Position numbers and translations under genes: made by a program. A stretch of 64,000 nucleotides of DNA from a virus. A model generated the notes under the pieces. It was given only the letters and a program-made list of their open reading frames with translations. It was not told the origin of the DNA and searched no databases. The stretch is from IMG/VR virus record IMGVR_UViG_3300020048_000017, positions 96,001 to 160,000 of that record. One strand, written 5' to 3'. This document shows, in pieces, positions 30,101 through 38,041 of this stretch (position 1 is the first letter of the stretch; each line of letters starts with the position of its first letter).

Positions 30101-31883
30101 TATAATTTTTAATTATGTATTCATCGGTATTCGCTACAATAGTTTCTTTCCCCGCACCAGTGTTAAAACCTTTCACGACCACTGGCTTAGCGGAACTAGA
30201 AGCTCCCCCAACACCCTTTTTGATCATCTGGGACTCCTGATCAAAAGCTTGTGGTAAAAATCCTCCTGCGGCTCTTCTCACGGGCCTAGTGGGAATAGGT
30301 CTTCCCGTCGCAGCTCTGTTGACGTTAGTCGTCGTAGCCGCGAAGTAAGCCGCCTGTGCTCGCGTTTCCTGAGTAATCATTTTCATGACCCTCAAAATAG
30401 CTTGAGCTTGTTGCTCTTCAGTTTTAGCGGCAGAAATAATCGCTATATGAGATTCGTTCTGACTGTTTAAAACAGCTTCAATTTGAGCTTGGGTAATTGC
30501 ATATTTATTAGTGAATCCTCCAATAGCAGCAAGATCTTTAAGCGCTCCGCTAAAACCTACCGAGAAAGACTTGCCTATTTTGAACAAGGCCCCACCTAAA
30601 AGAACAAGGGCTGGTCCAGAAATAAACTCTCCGATACCCTTCAGGAGGATTTCCCCAATACCGCCATCTTTAAACTTTTCAAATTCTGCAAAAACTGTAT
30701 TTAATCCTCCTAAAATATTTCTAACTAAAGGCTCAATAGTTAAAGACCCCATCCCCGAATTAAATTGTTGGAGATTATTCTGGGTTCTAATGAAAAGTGC
30801 GTCAAGCGTTTCGTTAAGAATAGCAGTTCTTGTAGCAGCTTGGTTAGTAGAATTATTAGCAATATTTAAAGCCCCAGCGTAAACAGAATACTCAGAACTT
30901 AAATCCGCTAAAAGAGCTTGAAGAGTGTTAACTTGATAAATACCAGCAGTAGCTTCGGTGACCGAAGATTTTTGTGAAGAGCTTAAAGTTTGGAACTTTT
31001 TAGATAAGTCTGTTAAGATATCCAGAACGGGAAGGGTATCACCCTCCAAGTTTCTCACCGCAACTCCTAGACCCTCTAAAAGATCCAAGGTCTCCGAAGA
31101 CTTAGTTCTAGTAAAAATAGATTTAAGACCGTTACCAATAACCGCACCACCACGCGCAGTTCTTTCCTGAAGTGCGGTAATTATTGAAATAAGTTGGTTG
31201 AACTCAACGCCAGATTCAGCAGCGGCAGCGCCAGTTCTCTGAAGAGCATTTGCTAAGTCGTTTTCTGCAACAGCGTATGCGGCAGAAACACTCGCAAGTC
31301 TTTCGACAGCATCTGTAGAATTTAAAGCCTCGTTTCTGAAAGTGTTAACAATAGCAGTTAAAGAAGACACTGCGTCGGCAGTGCTAATTCCAGAAAGCCT
31401 AACGAGAGTTAAAGCGTCTTTAGTTCTTACTAAAGTATCATTTAAGTTTAGACCCTGTCTGGCAAATTCGTTAGCTACATCTGCCGCTGCCGAGAAAGCC
31501 GTGCCAGTTTGGTTAGCTACTTGGAAAACATCTTTTTGAAACTGTTTAAAGTTTCCAGAACTAGCTTGCAAAATAGATTGGATTTGAGCAAATGCAAGTT
31601 CAGTTTCTCTTACAGATTGAACCAGCGCTACGAAAGCTCTTTGAGTCCCGTAGATAGCAGATGAAACAGAAGCGATAGAAACAAATACTTCAGCAGACCT
31701 AGAGAGAGATTTTGATAATCTTTCACTTTGAACAGTAAGGCTAGATAGGGATCTACTTGCTTTTGAAGAACTTATAGAAAGTCCGTTGGAATTTATTTCA
31801 TTTTGGAGACGCGCATACGCAGCTCTGACGTCCCTCACCATAGGGGACACATCCGCACCAATGCTTAGAATTCCGTCTGCCAT
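24177..31883 (-). CDS. tail tape measure protein
   Basis: 2568 aa; TP901-type core (LVRLSGISTADAVSSLT...LANALQRTGAAA...TARGGAVIGNGLKSIFTR), long coiled coils, hydrophobic segments; position after tube and chaperones. Confidence 0.9.
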   Translation of the reverse strand: MADGILSIGADVSPMVRDVRAAYARLQNEINSNGLSISSSKASRSLSSLTVQSERLSKSLSRSAEVFVSIASVSSAIYGTQRAFVALVQSVRETELAFAQIQSILQASSGNFKQFQKDVFQVANQTGTAFSAAADVANEFARQGLNLNDTLVRTKDALTLVRLSGISTADAVSSLTAIVNTFRNEALNSTDAVERLASVSAAYAVAENDLANALQRTGAAAAESGVEFNQLISIITALQERTARGGAVIGNGLKSIFTRTKSSETLDLLEGLGVAVRNLEGDTLPVLDILTDLSKKFQTLSSSQKSSVTEATAGIYQVNTLQALLADLSSEYSVYAGALNIANNSTNQAATRTAILNETLDALFIRTQNNLQQFNSGMGSLTIEPLVRNILGGLNTVFAEFEKFKDGGIGEILLKGIGEFISGPALVLLGGALFKIGKSFSVGFSGALKDLAAIGGFTNKYAITQAQIEAVLNSQNESHIAIISAAKTEEQQAQAILRVMKMITQETRAQAAYFAATTTNVNRAATGRPIPTRPVRRAAGGFLPQAFDQESQMIKKGVGGASSSAKPVVVKGFNTGAGKETIVANTDEYIIKNYNGSGADAVFNKDMLRSVGGLKNLKFLGDVSRVSAGGFTPNLAGGNVPLRGPKGIIKVEKETIGLAKNLKEYSEANKLMAKELKRNQKILASARKKASIISNQLEQDSFMELSNLTKTDALKPAKKEKLLAQKETFDATVKTLARKEKANAKTLERISKESKIVSTELGRRTREEKKPILAAKKAFEAARSKRSGGVLPLTSKGTPEYEARLKAVTAKRSSRLEEAALLKKFTQEETDKKRNESLRAKAKIAAGTAAPTNTGLLTYDETRKKAELKLQNEAIKKQVEQDLINEGRMQGPVPPKPPDDPEDVLRKKRAKKAQLDAINAKLDAEELEKARKDFKTNQDLQRQAARQTRNIDPNRPVFGTQGYNDTLSSRIAERNRRNDLRSEKIKAQELKAQRSAKYGAALQRGQMGAFGASFLIPLAGEALKKEADEGGQQKIETWTNSLSTATAIFATFPNQIGLIAAAAAGLGIALKGVVDYNSTVGKSAETLKREAQEEANSTNEVVNSVRGYITSLNQLNDAIKSGASSSSIQELTSKSLESLFEIKDDGLRNKVIGISERQFTKEETDKGIDQFSEFQKALEEISDPSRKTVSQKEFGALLRTLDDQRIDGVTKISRLFSGKDENLKGIGYDSASSEIISELIRGVGPSNAISAEPVVDKFLQEGGSFEDLLKGLGLDNAATTVAEWSEKLGQSKGILAETLALDLKTLAINQRRVEAENDVAKAVVVAKEKLQDFSKGVSLSAKILNNNADREFSLKSFRATNNFESGANSVADSFVEAAVAKAEAINEARSKTFNLKESLVSQAGQSGSEARISQKELQERVKGINDLFSDFKNGDIGLKGLMTVVEDASNEEQIGTAEVIEQVSSTGLDLEDSLTKVREKLFASLERIRKSNTANLFGGLGAVSKGNPFEAGNKLFEARLSANEFISGDKPKDKEATQSFNEKGFEISKKLISARLNDLLERISNGLVREDVDSAGTTILSKLEEGLAKGGDKEALGKDAKDQISKLFPEGKTAAKDLANLVSTQARSSFQNDFSKFKSGTPSDVSKREDFKKITQEIENALKSGVPLESISLDPLGDIISKSKDKQSVLDFNLLKGSKSEAEKNISRVRADNDESGISDFGEAVIDKESGKNALSEAADAMIALAGQKDVQDQIRQNTEDAADFLQAIDDKFGALQNEFIESENSVSGRRKALEEVKIKNVQEKVSNSIISQRNLTSRIEAAKAERDETTSIATGYGVNTKIEKAPKASPERIKELEKEIESLEKVLEREIEKTRTLRTQLQVPATPSLASGFLPMDLESSLISKGVGGARSSAKPVLLNGVNTGSGKESIVANTDEYLVRNFRGSKKDAIFNREMVRNIGGFKNLQNMGSVSKVSAGGMLPKVLEKSFINSGVGGARPSASPVLLKNGVTANTDEFLVENFQGSGQDSIFNRDMLKRIGGLQNLKSLGKVSKVAAGGVVPVGGHSEESRLINITQKFSNDNSNENKEIIKILKEISNKRLTDLIKEIQACECGNKTTPAPTIPTPTIPTPAPTIPAPAPTIPAPTPAVPAPTPAPAVPAPAPTPAVPAPAVPAPTIPTPAVPNPLDQYKTPEDKRKEAYNKIIANANATKEERERKSRIIQDTADEAAQKRAGGTSDTQLGKAAAQQVMKRNALLNDPVKNPVAFDTFSGAGVVKENFGMEGDKVANTLNRINDLDGQLGEINAQKSAREKASVEKSDPKSDPNSAPEKIEYSEEQHNALIEYAWKLSTKIKNLKRNLVAVDRTSVIPERQNEINEKIDEWARNMPETYPEESALYRSEGKQDINPYISIDRKVLRKPQAQNRIKELEADLKLIDENLSRMSEGQSLIPMPSNSPVKPALPREVMDSIYLKQNRIENKDGTPAELNRLKEEIEKLKQGSSSGSSQTSLRLDGGRPLEVNVSFNGGQNQEVEKLVNVEFAKFQEQLQRGLDNFARNNKLAPSVVNTA
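25331..25531 (-). repeat. imperfect coding tandem repeat encoding a Pro/Ala/Thr linker
   Basis: Plus-strand units such as AGGAGCAGGAACCGC and AGGAATTGTAGG encode PAPTIP/PAPAVP runs within TMP. Confidence 0.9.
25698..26216 (-). repeat. two tandem copies of a ~80-90-aa TMP module
   Basis: GVGGARSSAKPV...ANTDEYLV.N..GS..DAIFNREM...GG..NL...G.VSKVSAGG, repeated twice. Confidence 0.85.
29986..30272 (-). repeat. third copy of the TMP module
   Basis: AAGGFLP...GVGGASSSAKPV...ANTDEYIIKNYNGSGADAVFNKDML...GDVSRVSAGGFTP. Confidence 0.85.
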
Positions 31884-31902
31884 ACCTTATACCTTATAGT
31901 AA

Positions 31903-31908
31903 TTACAC
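31903..31908 (-). promoter_or_regulatory. GTGTAA motif (candidate late promoter)
   Basis: 19 nt before the TMP ATG. Confidence 0.6.
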
Positions 31909-31912
31909 TTTT

Positions 31913-32884
31913 TTAACTGTGTAATCTCATTAAAGTCTCCATATCTACTATTCCATTATTATTTAGCGCCGCTTTTTTAATTTCTGAGTCCATGTCTTTA
32001 ACTTCTTGACCCCCAGTTATCTGTTTGATATCATCCGCAGTTGCCCCAACTAGAGATACGTTTTGACCAGCGTCACCTACAAACTTTTTAGAGTTTACTA
32101 CTGTGTTAAACCAGTCCTCAAGCCTGTCAGGGTCCGAAGCAATATCACTAGAAGGTGATAGTTCATGACTTAACATCTGCGCGTAGTTTTTAGCATAGAT
32201 ATAAAGTTCTGTTTGAAAAAAAGTAAGAGTAGCCACAGGCCTTCCATAAAATTCATAAGCATTCTCGGAAAGAGAAACTAACGTCTGGCATTCTTGGCTT
32301 AAAGCGACTTTTTTGACACCTCCACCCATAATAGGAGAAATGGTTTCATTGTAAGCGTGTATCAGTTCTGATACATCTTCTTGGTCGATATCATCATGAA
32401 GGTCTTTGTTAATATATAGATTTTTTAAATCAGAGTCTTTATAAAGGGTGTTTAAAATAAAGAAAACCTCGGACTCCTGCTTAGCGAAGAATTCCTGAGT
32501 TTTACCTATTAATTCGGCACGCTCAGATAAAAGGCTATATAATTTAGCCTTCATTTCTTTAATGTTTTGATTTATTATTTCTTTATAAGATGGTAATAAG
32601 ACATTTTTTTTAGACTCAGAAGTCCTGTTTATAGAATTTCTCAAATTTTCAATCTCATTTTCTTGAGCCTCGGACCATACGCTCTCTCTATACAAAAATA
32701 GTAATCGATCCGACTCTGAGTCGATACCTAACTCTTTGGCTTTTTCGAGTTCTAAATTATAAACAAAGTCGGTCTCCATGCCATCATAGAAACCGTAATG
32801 CTTTGCGTAAATAACACAACCCTTAAATAAAAAGGGGGTCTTACCTAAGATTATAGAACTAAAGTGCTCTCGCGAGCCGCTCAT
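31913..32884 (-). CDS. putative tail assembly chaperone-like protein
   Basis: Helical protein directly before TMP; positional call only. Confidence 0.45.
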   Translation of the reverse strand: MSGSREHFSSIILGKTPFLFKGCVIYAKHYGFYDGMETDFVYNLELEKAKELGIDSESDRLLFLYRESVWSEAQENEIENLRNSINRTSESKKNVLLPSYKEIINQNIKEMKAKLYSLLSERAELIGKTQEFFAKQESEVFFILNTLYKDSDLKNLYINKDLHDDIDQEDVSELIHAYNETISPIMGGGVKKVALSQECQTLVSLSENAYEFYGRPVATLTFFQTELYIYAKNYAQMLSHELSPSSDIASDPDRLEDWFNTVVNSKKFVGDAGQNVSLVGATADDIKQITGGQEVKDMDSEIKKAALNNNGIVDMETLMRLHS

Positions 32885-33621
32885 TGCTTATAAAGGATCT
32901 CAAAGATCTCATCAAAATCCTCTTTGGCAGAAGCCCTTCCAACATACCACATGGATAGAACTGTAGAAGCTTTTTCAAGGATTTCCGAGTAAAAATCTTT
33001 ATCCTCATCTAGAAGACTTTCGTAATAGTCATTTTTTTCTTCTACAGATTCCCCAATGAAAGGGTTTTTTTCTACACCATCTTCTTCGATGAAGATCAGG
33101 TTGCAAATTAACCATTCAATAGTTTTATCCCTAGCTAGGTTTTCGGCAGAATTCACATAGATTTCCTCTTCTTCCGCTCTGAACTTCTCAAGAGCTTGGT
33201 GAACCTCTACAAATCTTTTGAAAGTTTCTTGGGCTTTTTCTTCGTGTTCAGCTTTCAACTTTTTAGTTTTGGCTTCTTTGGCGGAAAGTTCTTCGAATTG
33301 AACATTGCCTTGAAGGGCCGCATATTCATTAAGAAGTTTTTGACGCTCTTTTTCTTGAGCTTCCGAAAATACCCCGCCATTTTCGTTATAAGCTTTTTTG
33401 ATCATTGCGCGAGTAACGATTCCTTTTTTCATAGCATCTGAGTAAACAGAGTGATGAAAGGTTTCAATTTGCTTGCGCTCTACCCTAGATGGGTTTTTCA
33501 AAACAATCTTAACAGGAACGAGTTCCTCGACAGTTTGAACAATTTTTTTACCATCTCCTTGATCCTCGGTTTTTTCTACCGATTTTTTTTGATTTACGTT
33601 AAACGAGTATAACTCTTTCAT
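32881..33621 (-). CDS. putative tail assembly chaperone
   Basis: Charged coiled-coil protein between tube and TMP; positional call. Confidence 0.5.
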   Translation of the reverse strand: MKELYSFNVNQKKSVEKTEDQGDGKKIVQTVEELVPVKIVLKNPSRVERKQIETFHHSVYSDAMKKGIVTRAMIKKAYNENGGVFSEAQEKERQKLLNEYAALQGNVQFEELSAKEAKTKKLKAEHEEKAQETFKRFVEVHQALEKFRAEEEEIYVNSAENLARDKTIEWLICNLIFIEEDGVEKNPFIGESVEEKNDYYESLLDEDKDFYSEILEKASTVLSMWYVGRASAKEDFDEIFEILYKQ

Positions 33622-33626
33622 ATCCT

Positions 33627-33908
33627 TTATCCTTTATTAAATTCACTTTCAAATTCCCTAGACAATTCGTTTGCTTTGTCTAATACCCTTTTCCTACTCC
33701 TTGACAAAAAATCTTCATTGATAGGATCATACAACTCTATGATCTTATTGACTATGTCCGCACTCTCAGGAAATTCCTCAAGAACGCTTTTTAGTTTAGA
33801 CTTTCTCTCATAATTATCTTCGTCTAGATCCTCTAAGATATCTAAACAAAATTTTGCCAAGAGAATAATCTTCCTGTGCGCTGTAAAAACCCGCCAATCC
33901 TTTTCCAT
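33627..33908 (-). CDS. hypothetical protein
   Basis: 93-aa ORF; upstream GGTATAAGGT also seen before TMP. Confidence 0.6.
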   Translation of the reverse strand: MEKDWRVFTAHRKIILLAKFCLDILEDLDEDNYERKSKLKSVLEEFPESADIVNKIIELYDPINEDFLSRSRKRVLDKANELSREFESEFNKG

Positions 33909-33958
33909 AATACCTTATACCTGTAATAAGATACAAGAAATTAATCGTTTTGTGAACG

Positions 33959-33982
33959 AAAAAATCCGCCATAAGACGGATT
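33959..33982 (-). terminator. intrinsic terminator after the tail tube gene
   Basis: AATCCGTC-TTAT-GGCGGATT followed by a T-run on the minus strand, 24 nt after the stop at 34006. Confidence 0.75.
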
Positions 33983-34005
33983 CTTCGAGAAAGCTATGTA
34001 AAAGC

Positions 34006-35088
34006 TTATTGGTAATCTGCGGCGGTTTTACCAGAGATAAACAGTCCGTTAAGAAGGTCTTCTGGACCACCGATTTGTGCAGTCCAGTTCATTGTGACTG
34101 TTTGAGCAGGTCCAACACTCGAAGACCAGCTTTGAGAATCTAGCTTAGCATTCTTGATAGAGTAAACAACGGCGACGTCTCCATTACCAGCACAGCTAGG
34201 CTCTTTAAGACTTACAGACATATCGTAGCCAACATCATTACAAACAAGATTGTTCAATTTCCCAGTAGAAAGGTCACCCATTAAGGCTTCGACCTGAAGA
34301 GAGACGTTGATAGGGAAGTTAATCTCTTTAGACTTAGCGTATTTAGAGCCAAGGCACTCGATATCTTCACGCGCCAAATCAAACGACAGAGAATAAGATT
34401 GAATACAAAGATCAGTAGCGTCTACAAGAAGCGCAGAGTTCCCGAGGGAAAGTGTGATATCACCAGCTTGAAGGGCTGTCGATTGACCAACGTTTCCAGA
34501 AACGGCAGTAGGGATAGTAAATTGCACACCTACGATAGATTGACCATTAACAGGGTTGACGGCAGGGATTGGTTGGGATACTCCGCTTGCATAACCTTGA
34601 ATATGAAGAGCTTCAATATTAACAGAAGCAGTTGGGAAAGAACCTACAGAACCTTCAGTAGAATAAGAAGCGACAAAACCATTTCCGATACCAATAACAG
34701 AACCATTAGCAGGGCCAGAAGCGTTGCCATTAGCGTCAGAGCCAATAGGAGTCGTCAGAATAAAGTAATTTTTATCATCTGAAGCTTTGCTTAAGAGCCC
34801 CGAAATACAAGAGACGGCTCCGTCAACATTAAACCCAAGCTTTTCTTCGTTAGCAGCATTAGTAACTAAATAAGAAAAATCCAGAGTAACCTGAGGAGCC
34901 GAGATTTGAACTCGGTCAATAGCTGCTAGGCTCCCGAATTGATTAACGTCCTCACGATTTAAAGTGAAGTCATAGTTGATAGATTGGACCCTGTGAAGCT
35001 GTTCAACAGCTCCTGAGTGAGAACCTGTGCTAGGAGTAGGTCCTACGAAAAGGGCTTGGGAAGGAGAGATGACGCGAATTCTGCTCAT
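34006..35088 (-). CDS. major tail tube protein
   Basis: MSRIRVISPSQALFVG...LHRVQSINYDF...VTLDFSY; second half IQSYSLSFDLARE...LGSK; own promoter and terminator fit an abundant structural protein. Confidence 0.75.
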   Translation of the reverse strand: MSRIRVISPSQALFVGPTPSTGSHSGAVEQLHRVQSINYDFTLNREDVNQFGSLAAIDRVQISAPQVTLDFSYLVTNAANEEKLGFNVDGAVSCISGLLSKASDDKNYFILTTPIGSDANGNASGPANGSVIGIGNGFVASYSTEGSVGSFPTASVNIEALHIQGYASGVSQPIPAVNPVNGQSIVGVQFTIPTAVSGNVGQSTALQAGDITLSLGNSALLVDATDLCIQSYSLSFDLAREDIECLGSKYAKSKEINFPINVSLQVEALMGDLSTGKLNNLVCNDVGYDMSVSLKEPSCAGNGDVAVVYSIKNAKLDSQSWSSSVGPAQTVTMNWTAQIGGPEDLLNGLFISGKTAADYQ

Positions 35089-35111
35089 AATTTAAAGATT
35101 TCTAAAGTTAA

Positions 35112-35117
35112 TTACAC
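35112..35117 (-). promoter_or_regulatory. GTGTAA motif (candidate late promoter)
   Basis: 23 nt before the tube ATG. Confidence 0.6.
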
Positions 35118-35137
35118 CAACAAATTACTGAAGAGAA

Positions 35138-35935
35138 TTACTTTTTATCGTGATGTAGTTCAAAAAACAATCTACCTATAAAGAAGTCTGGGTGCATTTT
35201 TGAAATAGAGTCGTTTTCCACTGGGTAGTAGTTAATAGCGTTAATTCTCAACAAATCGTTACTACCAGAATAAGCCTGTAATTGGTGTTCATAATTATAG
35301 CCGCCCGTTTTATAACCCCCAGAAAAATTCAGAGCGGTTTCGTTAATTACGGGAATATAACTAAACAACTTATCCATAAAGATAGAGACTACAGCGTGAA
35401 GTTTGAATTCGTCGTTAGAGTATATTAGGGCATTAAAAAAATACTTTCTAGTAATAGAGCCACCGAAAGCAAGGGGCGAAACCTGTTGCATTTCGGGCCG
35501 GATAAATATACAAGGGGCTACAATACTATTAGGAGCAAGACCCGTCATCGGAATGTTGATAGGATGAGGTCTTAATTGAGGTCTGTCTTCGAAAATAAGC
35601 TTAGCTAACGGAGAGGTAGTCATATAGATGTTAAACTCTTTAATAGCATAATTAACATTTCCAGAAGGTTTGCTTCCAAAAGTCCGACCATTTCTATAAT
35701 CGATAGCTTGAACCTCAATTCCTGAAGCTGTTGGGATATTAGCCCCTGTGATACTTTGATCGTGAACCATTTGATAAAAAGGCGCTGAATAAGCCGGAAC
35801 CCCGTTTAAAGATCCGCTAGGCATATTATAAAAGGGAGTAGATATGTTTATATACGCATCCCCATCTTTCAGAAGGGTGTGGTCGAACCACTCTACGAAA
35901 CTATCTACAACTTTATGATCGTGTTGAGTCTTCAT
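35138..35935 (-). CDS. putative tail terminator / completion protein
   Basis: Directly before the tube; APCIFIR...FGG...YFFNALIYS. Confidence 0.5.
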   Translation of the reverse strand: MKTQHDHKVVDSFVEWFDHTLLKDGDAYINISTPFYNMPSGSLNGVPAYSAPFYQMVHDQSITGANIPTASGIEVQAIDYRNGRTFGSKPSGNVNYAIKEFNIYMTTSPLAKLIFEDRPQLRPHPINIPMTGLAPNSIVAPCIFIRPEMQQVSPLAFGGSITRKYFFNALIYSNDEFKLHAVVSIFMDKLFSYIPVINETALNFSGGYKTGGYNYEHQLQAYSGSNDLLRINAINYYPVENDSISKMHPDFFIGRLFFELHHDKK

Positions 35936-36690
35936 TAATTAAACCTAGCAGCAAGCCCAAAACTATTTAAATTCTTCTTAAAGTTATTTAAAATTTGAGT
36001 TATGTAAGGAGTAGGGGAAAACTCTCCTTCCCGAATTTCATTTTTCATTTGTAAACCTCGTTTAGAAACAGATTTCACCATATCGTCTTTAAAGGGTAGA
36101 TAATTAGAATACCCAGCAATGCCTTTTTCAACAGCAAATGGCCAAGGATTTGTCTTTTCCCAGAATAAACACAGGTTCTCCTTAGAGGCAAAGTCGGACT
36201 CGTCAGGAATTGAAACATTGAATTCAAAAATAATTAAATCGCCACTCGTTTTAAAACCTTTGTATCCCTCGAAGGTTATATAATTATTCAAAAAATCTTC
36301 AAGATCAGAGATTGGTTTCGACCCAGCAGGGAATCCAATAAAAGAAAACAAATCTCCACCTGAGCTTAAAAACGTAGATTTTCCAGTTGGTCCTGCTTGG
36401 ATCTCTCTAGTTATGGGGTGATTTTTAAGTTCTTCGATAAGGATTTTTTTGCACTTTTCAAAAATAATTACAGGATCTTGGGAGATTTTACGACCTAGCC
36501 TGATAGCCTGTGGAGAGGTAGAAACTGTAGAAGACTTGTAACCAACTACGCCACCTCCTTGAGAAGTAGCCTTGACAGACTTTACTTTAACAGCTTTTGG
36601 ACTTACTACGGATTTAACTACATTATAGGTCGCCACAACAGGACTTATTATACTTGCCGCTATTCCTAATAATCGATCTTTTAAGCTCAT
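35935..36690 (-). CDS. putative neck / tail completion protein
   Basis: Position in the head-tail region; basic C-terminal PYITQILNNF. Confidence 0.45.
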   Translation of the reverse strand: MSLKDRLLGIAASIISPVVATYNVVKSVVSPKAVKVKSVKATSQGGGVVGYKSSTVSTSPQAIRLGRKISQDPVIIFEKCKKILIEELKNHPITREIQAGPTGKSTFLSSGGDLFSFIGFPAGSKPISDLEDFLNNYITFEGYKGFKTSGDLIIFEFNVSIPDESDFASKENLCLFWEKTNPWPFAVEKGIAGYSNYLPFKDDMVKSVSKRGLQMKNEIREGEFSPTPYITQILNNFKKNLNSFGLAARFN

Positions 36691-37154
36691 TAATTTTGTT
36701 TCATTAAAGTGAATGTAAATAACTCCATATCTAAAATGCCAACTCTTCTTATGTCAGAATTGAGCCTATAAATTTCGTTAAAGAAAACAATCTTGTCGGT
36801 TTGTAATAGAAATTCATAACAGTCTTGAAGACATTGAATTTTAACAGTCCCTACACCTTGAGCCATTTTAACGCGAATATCAACGTCATCGGGCTGGTAA
36901 GTTAAATACTGTTGAGGAAATGTGGGGAACCAGATTCTTACTTCAAAAGATTCTTTTACTTCTTGGTAAGTAATCTGATTAGCCCCATAAGCGGTAGAGC
37001 CCCAGTTTGAGCTATACTCGTTACCAATACTGATGATAGTTTCAGTAGGTGCTTTATACAGAGTGAATTCATGGGGTCTCTTCCAAGTGTCGAAGATATC
37101 CATCATCCTAGCCTTATAGACTTCTTTTGCAGCACTACTGATTAAATCACTCAT
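36690..37154 (-). CDS. putative head closure protein
   Basis: Position; likely start MSDL at 37154. Confidence 0.45.
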   Translation of the reverse strand: MSDLISSAAKEVYKARMMDIFDTWKRPHEFTLYKAPTETIISIGNEYSSNWGSTAYGANQITYQEVKESFEVRIWFPTFPQQYLTYQPDDVDIRVKMAQGVGTVKIQCLQDCYEFLLQTDKIVFFNEIYRLNSDIRRVGILDMELFTFTLMKQN

Positions 37155-37668
37155 ACATTGACGCAATAACGTTCCTAGCTAAAAATGTAGGAGGTAAAAA
37201 CCCGTCCAGACCATCCCAAAAGACAGGGTATGTTAGAACTTGTCTTGGAAGACACTGACCTTGGTTAAAACTGTGAATCAAATCGTTCAGACAGGACTCG
37301 CAGTCAGAAGCTAGGCCTCTATATACCTTGGCCACTTCCGATGGCGAAGACCTCGAAATAAAGCCTTGTTCGTCTCCCTGAATTCTATTCCAAGCAGAGT
37401 CTGTTAAGGAATAAGCGGAAGCGTGACGAGCGGCCCTTTTTAAGAAATAGCAATCATACATTTGAGTATAAATCGCCATGTCGTTAGTAGCCATCTCAGG
37501 AGAGACAGCCCCGCTTACCAAATCGTATTCGGAACCTAATTTAATATTTAGAATCCCCAAGTTGTTCTCAAGCCAACAGACTACAGAACTTTGAGAGATT
37601 CCAGAGTAACCCCCACAATCAATCATTCCACTGGCCCAGCCAGTCAAGTCTGAACTAGAGAATTGCAT
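37147..37668 (-). CDS. putative head-tail adaptor
   Basis: Helical protein after MCP; positional call. Confidence 0.45.
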   Translation of the reverse strand: MQFSSSDLTGWASGMIDCGGYSGISQSSVVCWLENNLGILNIKLGSEYDLVSGAVSPEMATNDMAIYTQMYDCYFLKRAARHASAYSLTDSAWNRIQGDEQGFISRSSPSEVAKVYRGLASDCESCLNDLIHSFNQGQCLPRQVLTYPVFWDGLDGFLPPTFLARNVIASMYE

Positions 37669-37946
37669 TATTTAGAAGTCTTTTGAAGATTCTTTCTTTT
37701 TTCAGACAGAAGTTGCTTGTGATCGTCAACACGAACTCCTTTAGCTTGATCTCTATTAAAACATTTCTCCAAAGCTCTAATCATCATACGCCTTTCATGA
37801 GAGGGTATTAAACCTTTCTCCATGCACAGATCTTGAAGTCTAGCTTTATTTAAAGTTAATAGATAAGCAGAGAATTCGGCTTTATTATTGAAGGTCGTAG
37901 TTTTATCGGGAGCCCCCATTATCGATCTTAATGATCCAGTTTTCAT
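37668..37946 (-). CDS. small basic protein with HeH/SAP-like helix pair
   Basis: LTLNKARLQDLCMEKGL; likely start MKTG at 37946. Confidence 0.5.
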   Translation of the reverse strand: MKTGSLRSIMGAPDKTTTFNNKAEFSAYLLTLNKARLQDLCMEKGLIPSHERRMMIRALEKCFNRDQAKGVRVDDHKQLLSEKRKNLQKTSK

Positions 37947-37956
37947 ATACTTGAGC

Positions 37957-37962
37957 TTACAC
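37957..37962 (-). promoter_or_regulatory. GTGTAA motif (candidate late promoter)
   Basis: 10 nt before the ATG at 37946, just after the MCP terminator. Confidence 0.6.
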
Positions 37963-37984
37963 ACAAATTAAGTGTTTTGGGAAT

Positions 37985-38015
37985 AAAAAAAAACTCCAGT
38001 TATTAGCTGAAGTTT
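37985..38015 (-). terminator. intrinsic terminator after the major capsid gene
   Basis: AAACTTCAG-CTAATAA-CTGGAGTTT followed by T6 on the minus strand. Confidence 0.75.
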
Positions 38016-38041
38016 CTTTAAAGATTTTCTGTCAGTTCTTA

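Noticed and set aside
32881-32940. Programmed -1 frameshift joining the tail chaperones (G/GT type)
   Set aside because: The frames are compatible, but there is no XXXYYYZ slippery site near the end and the second gene has its own ATGA start.
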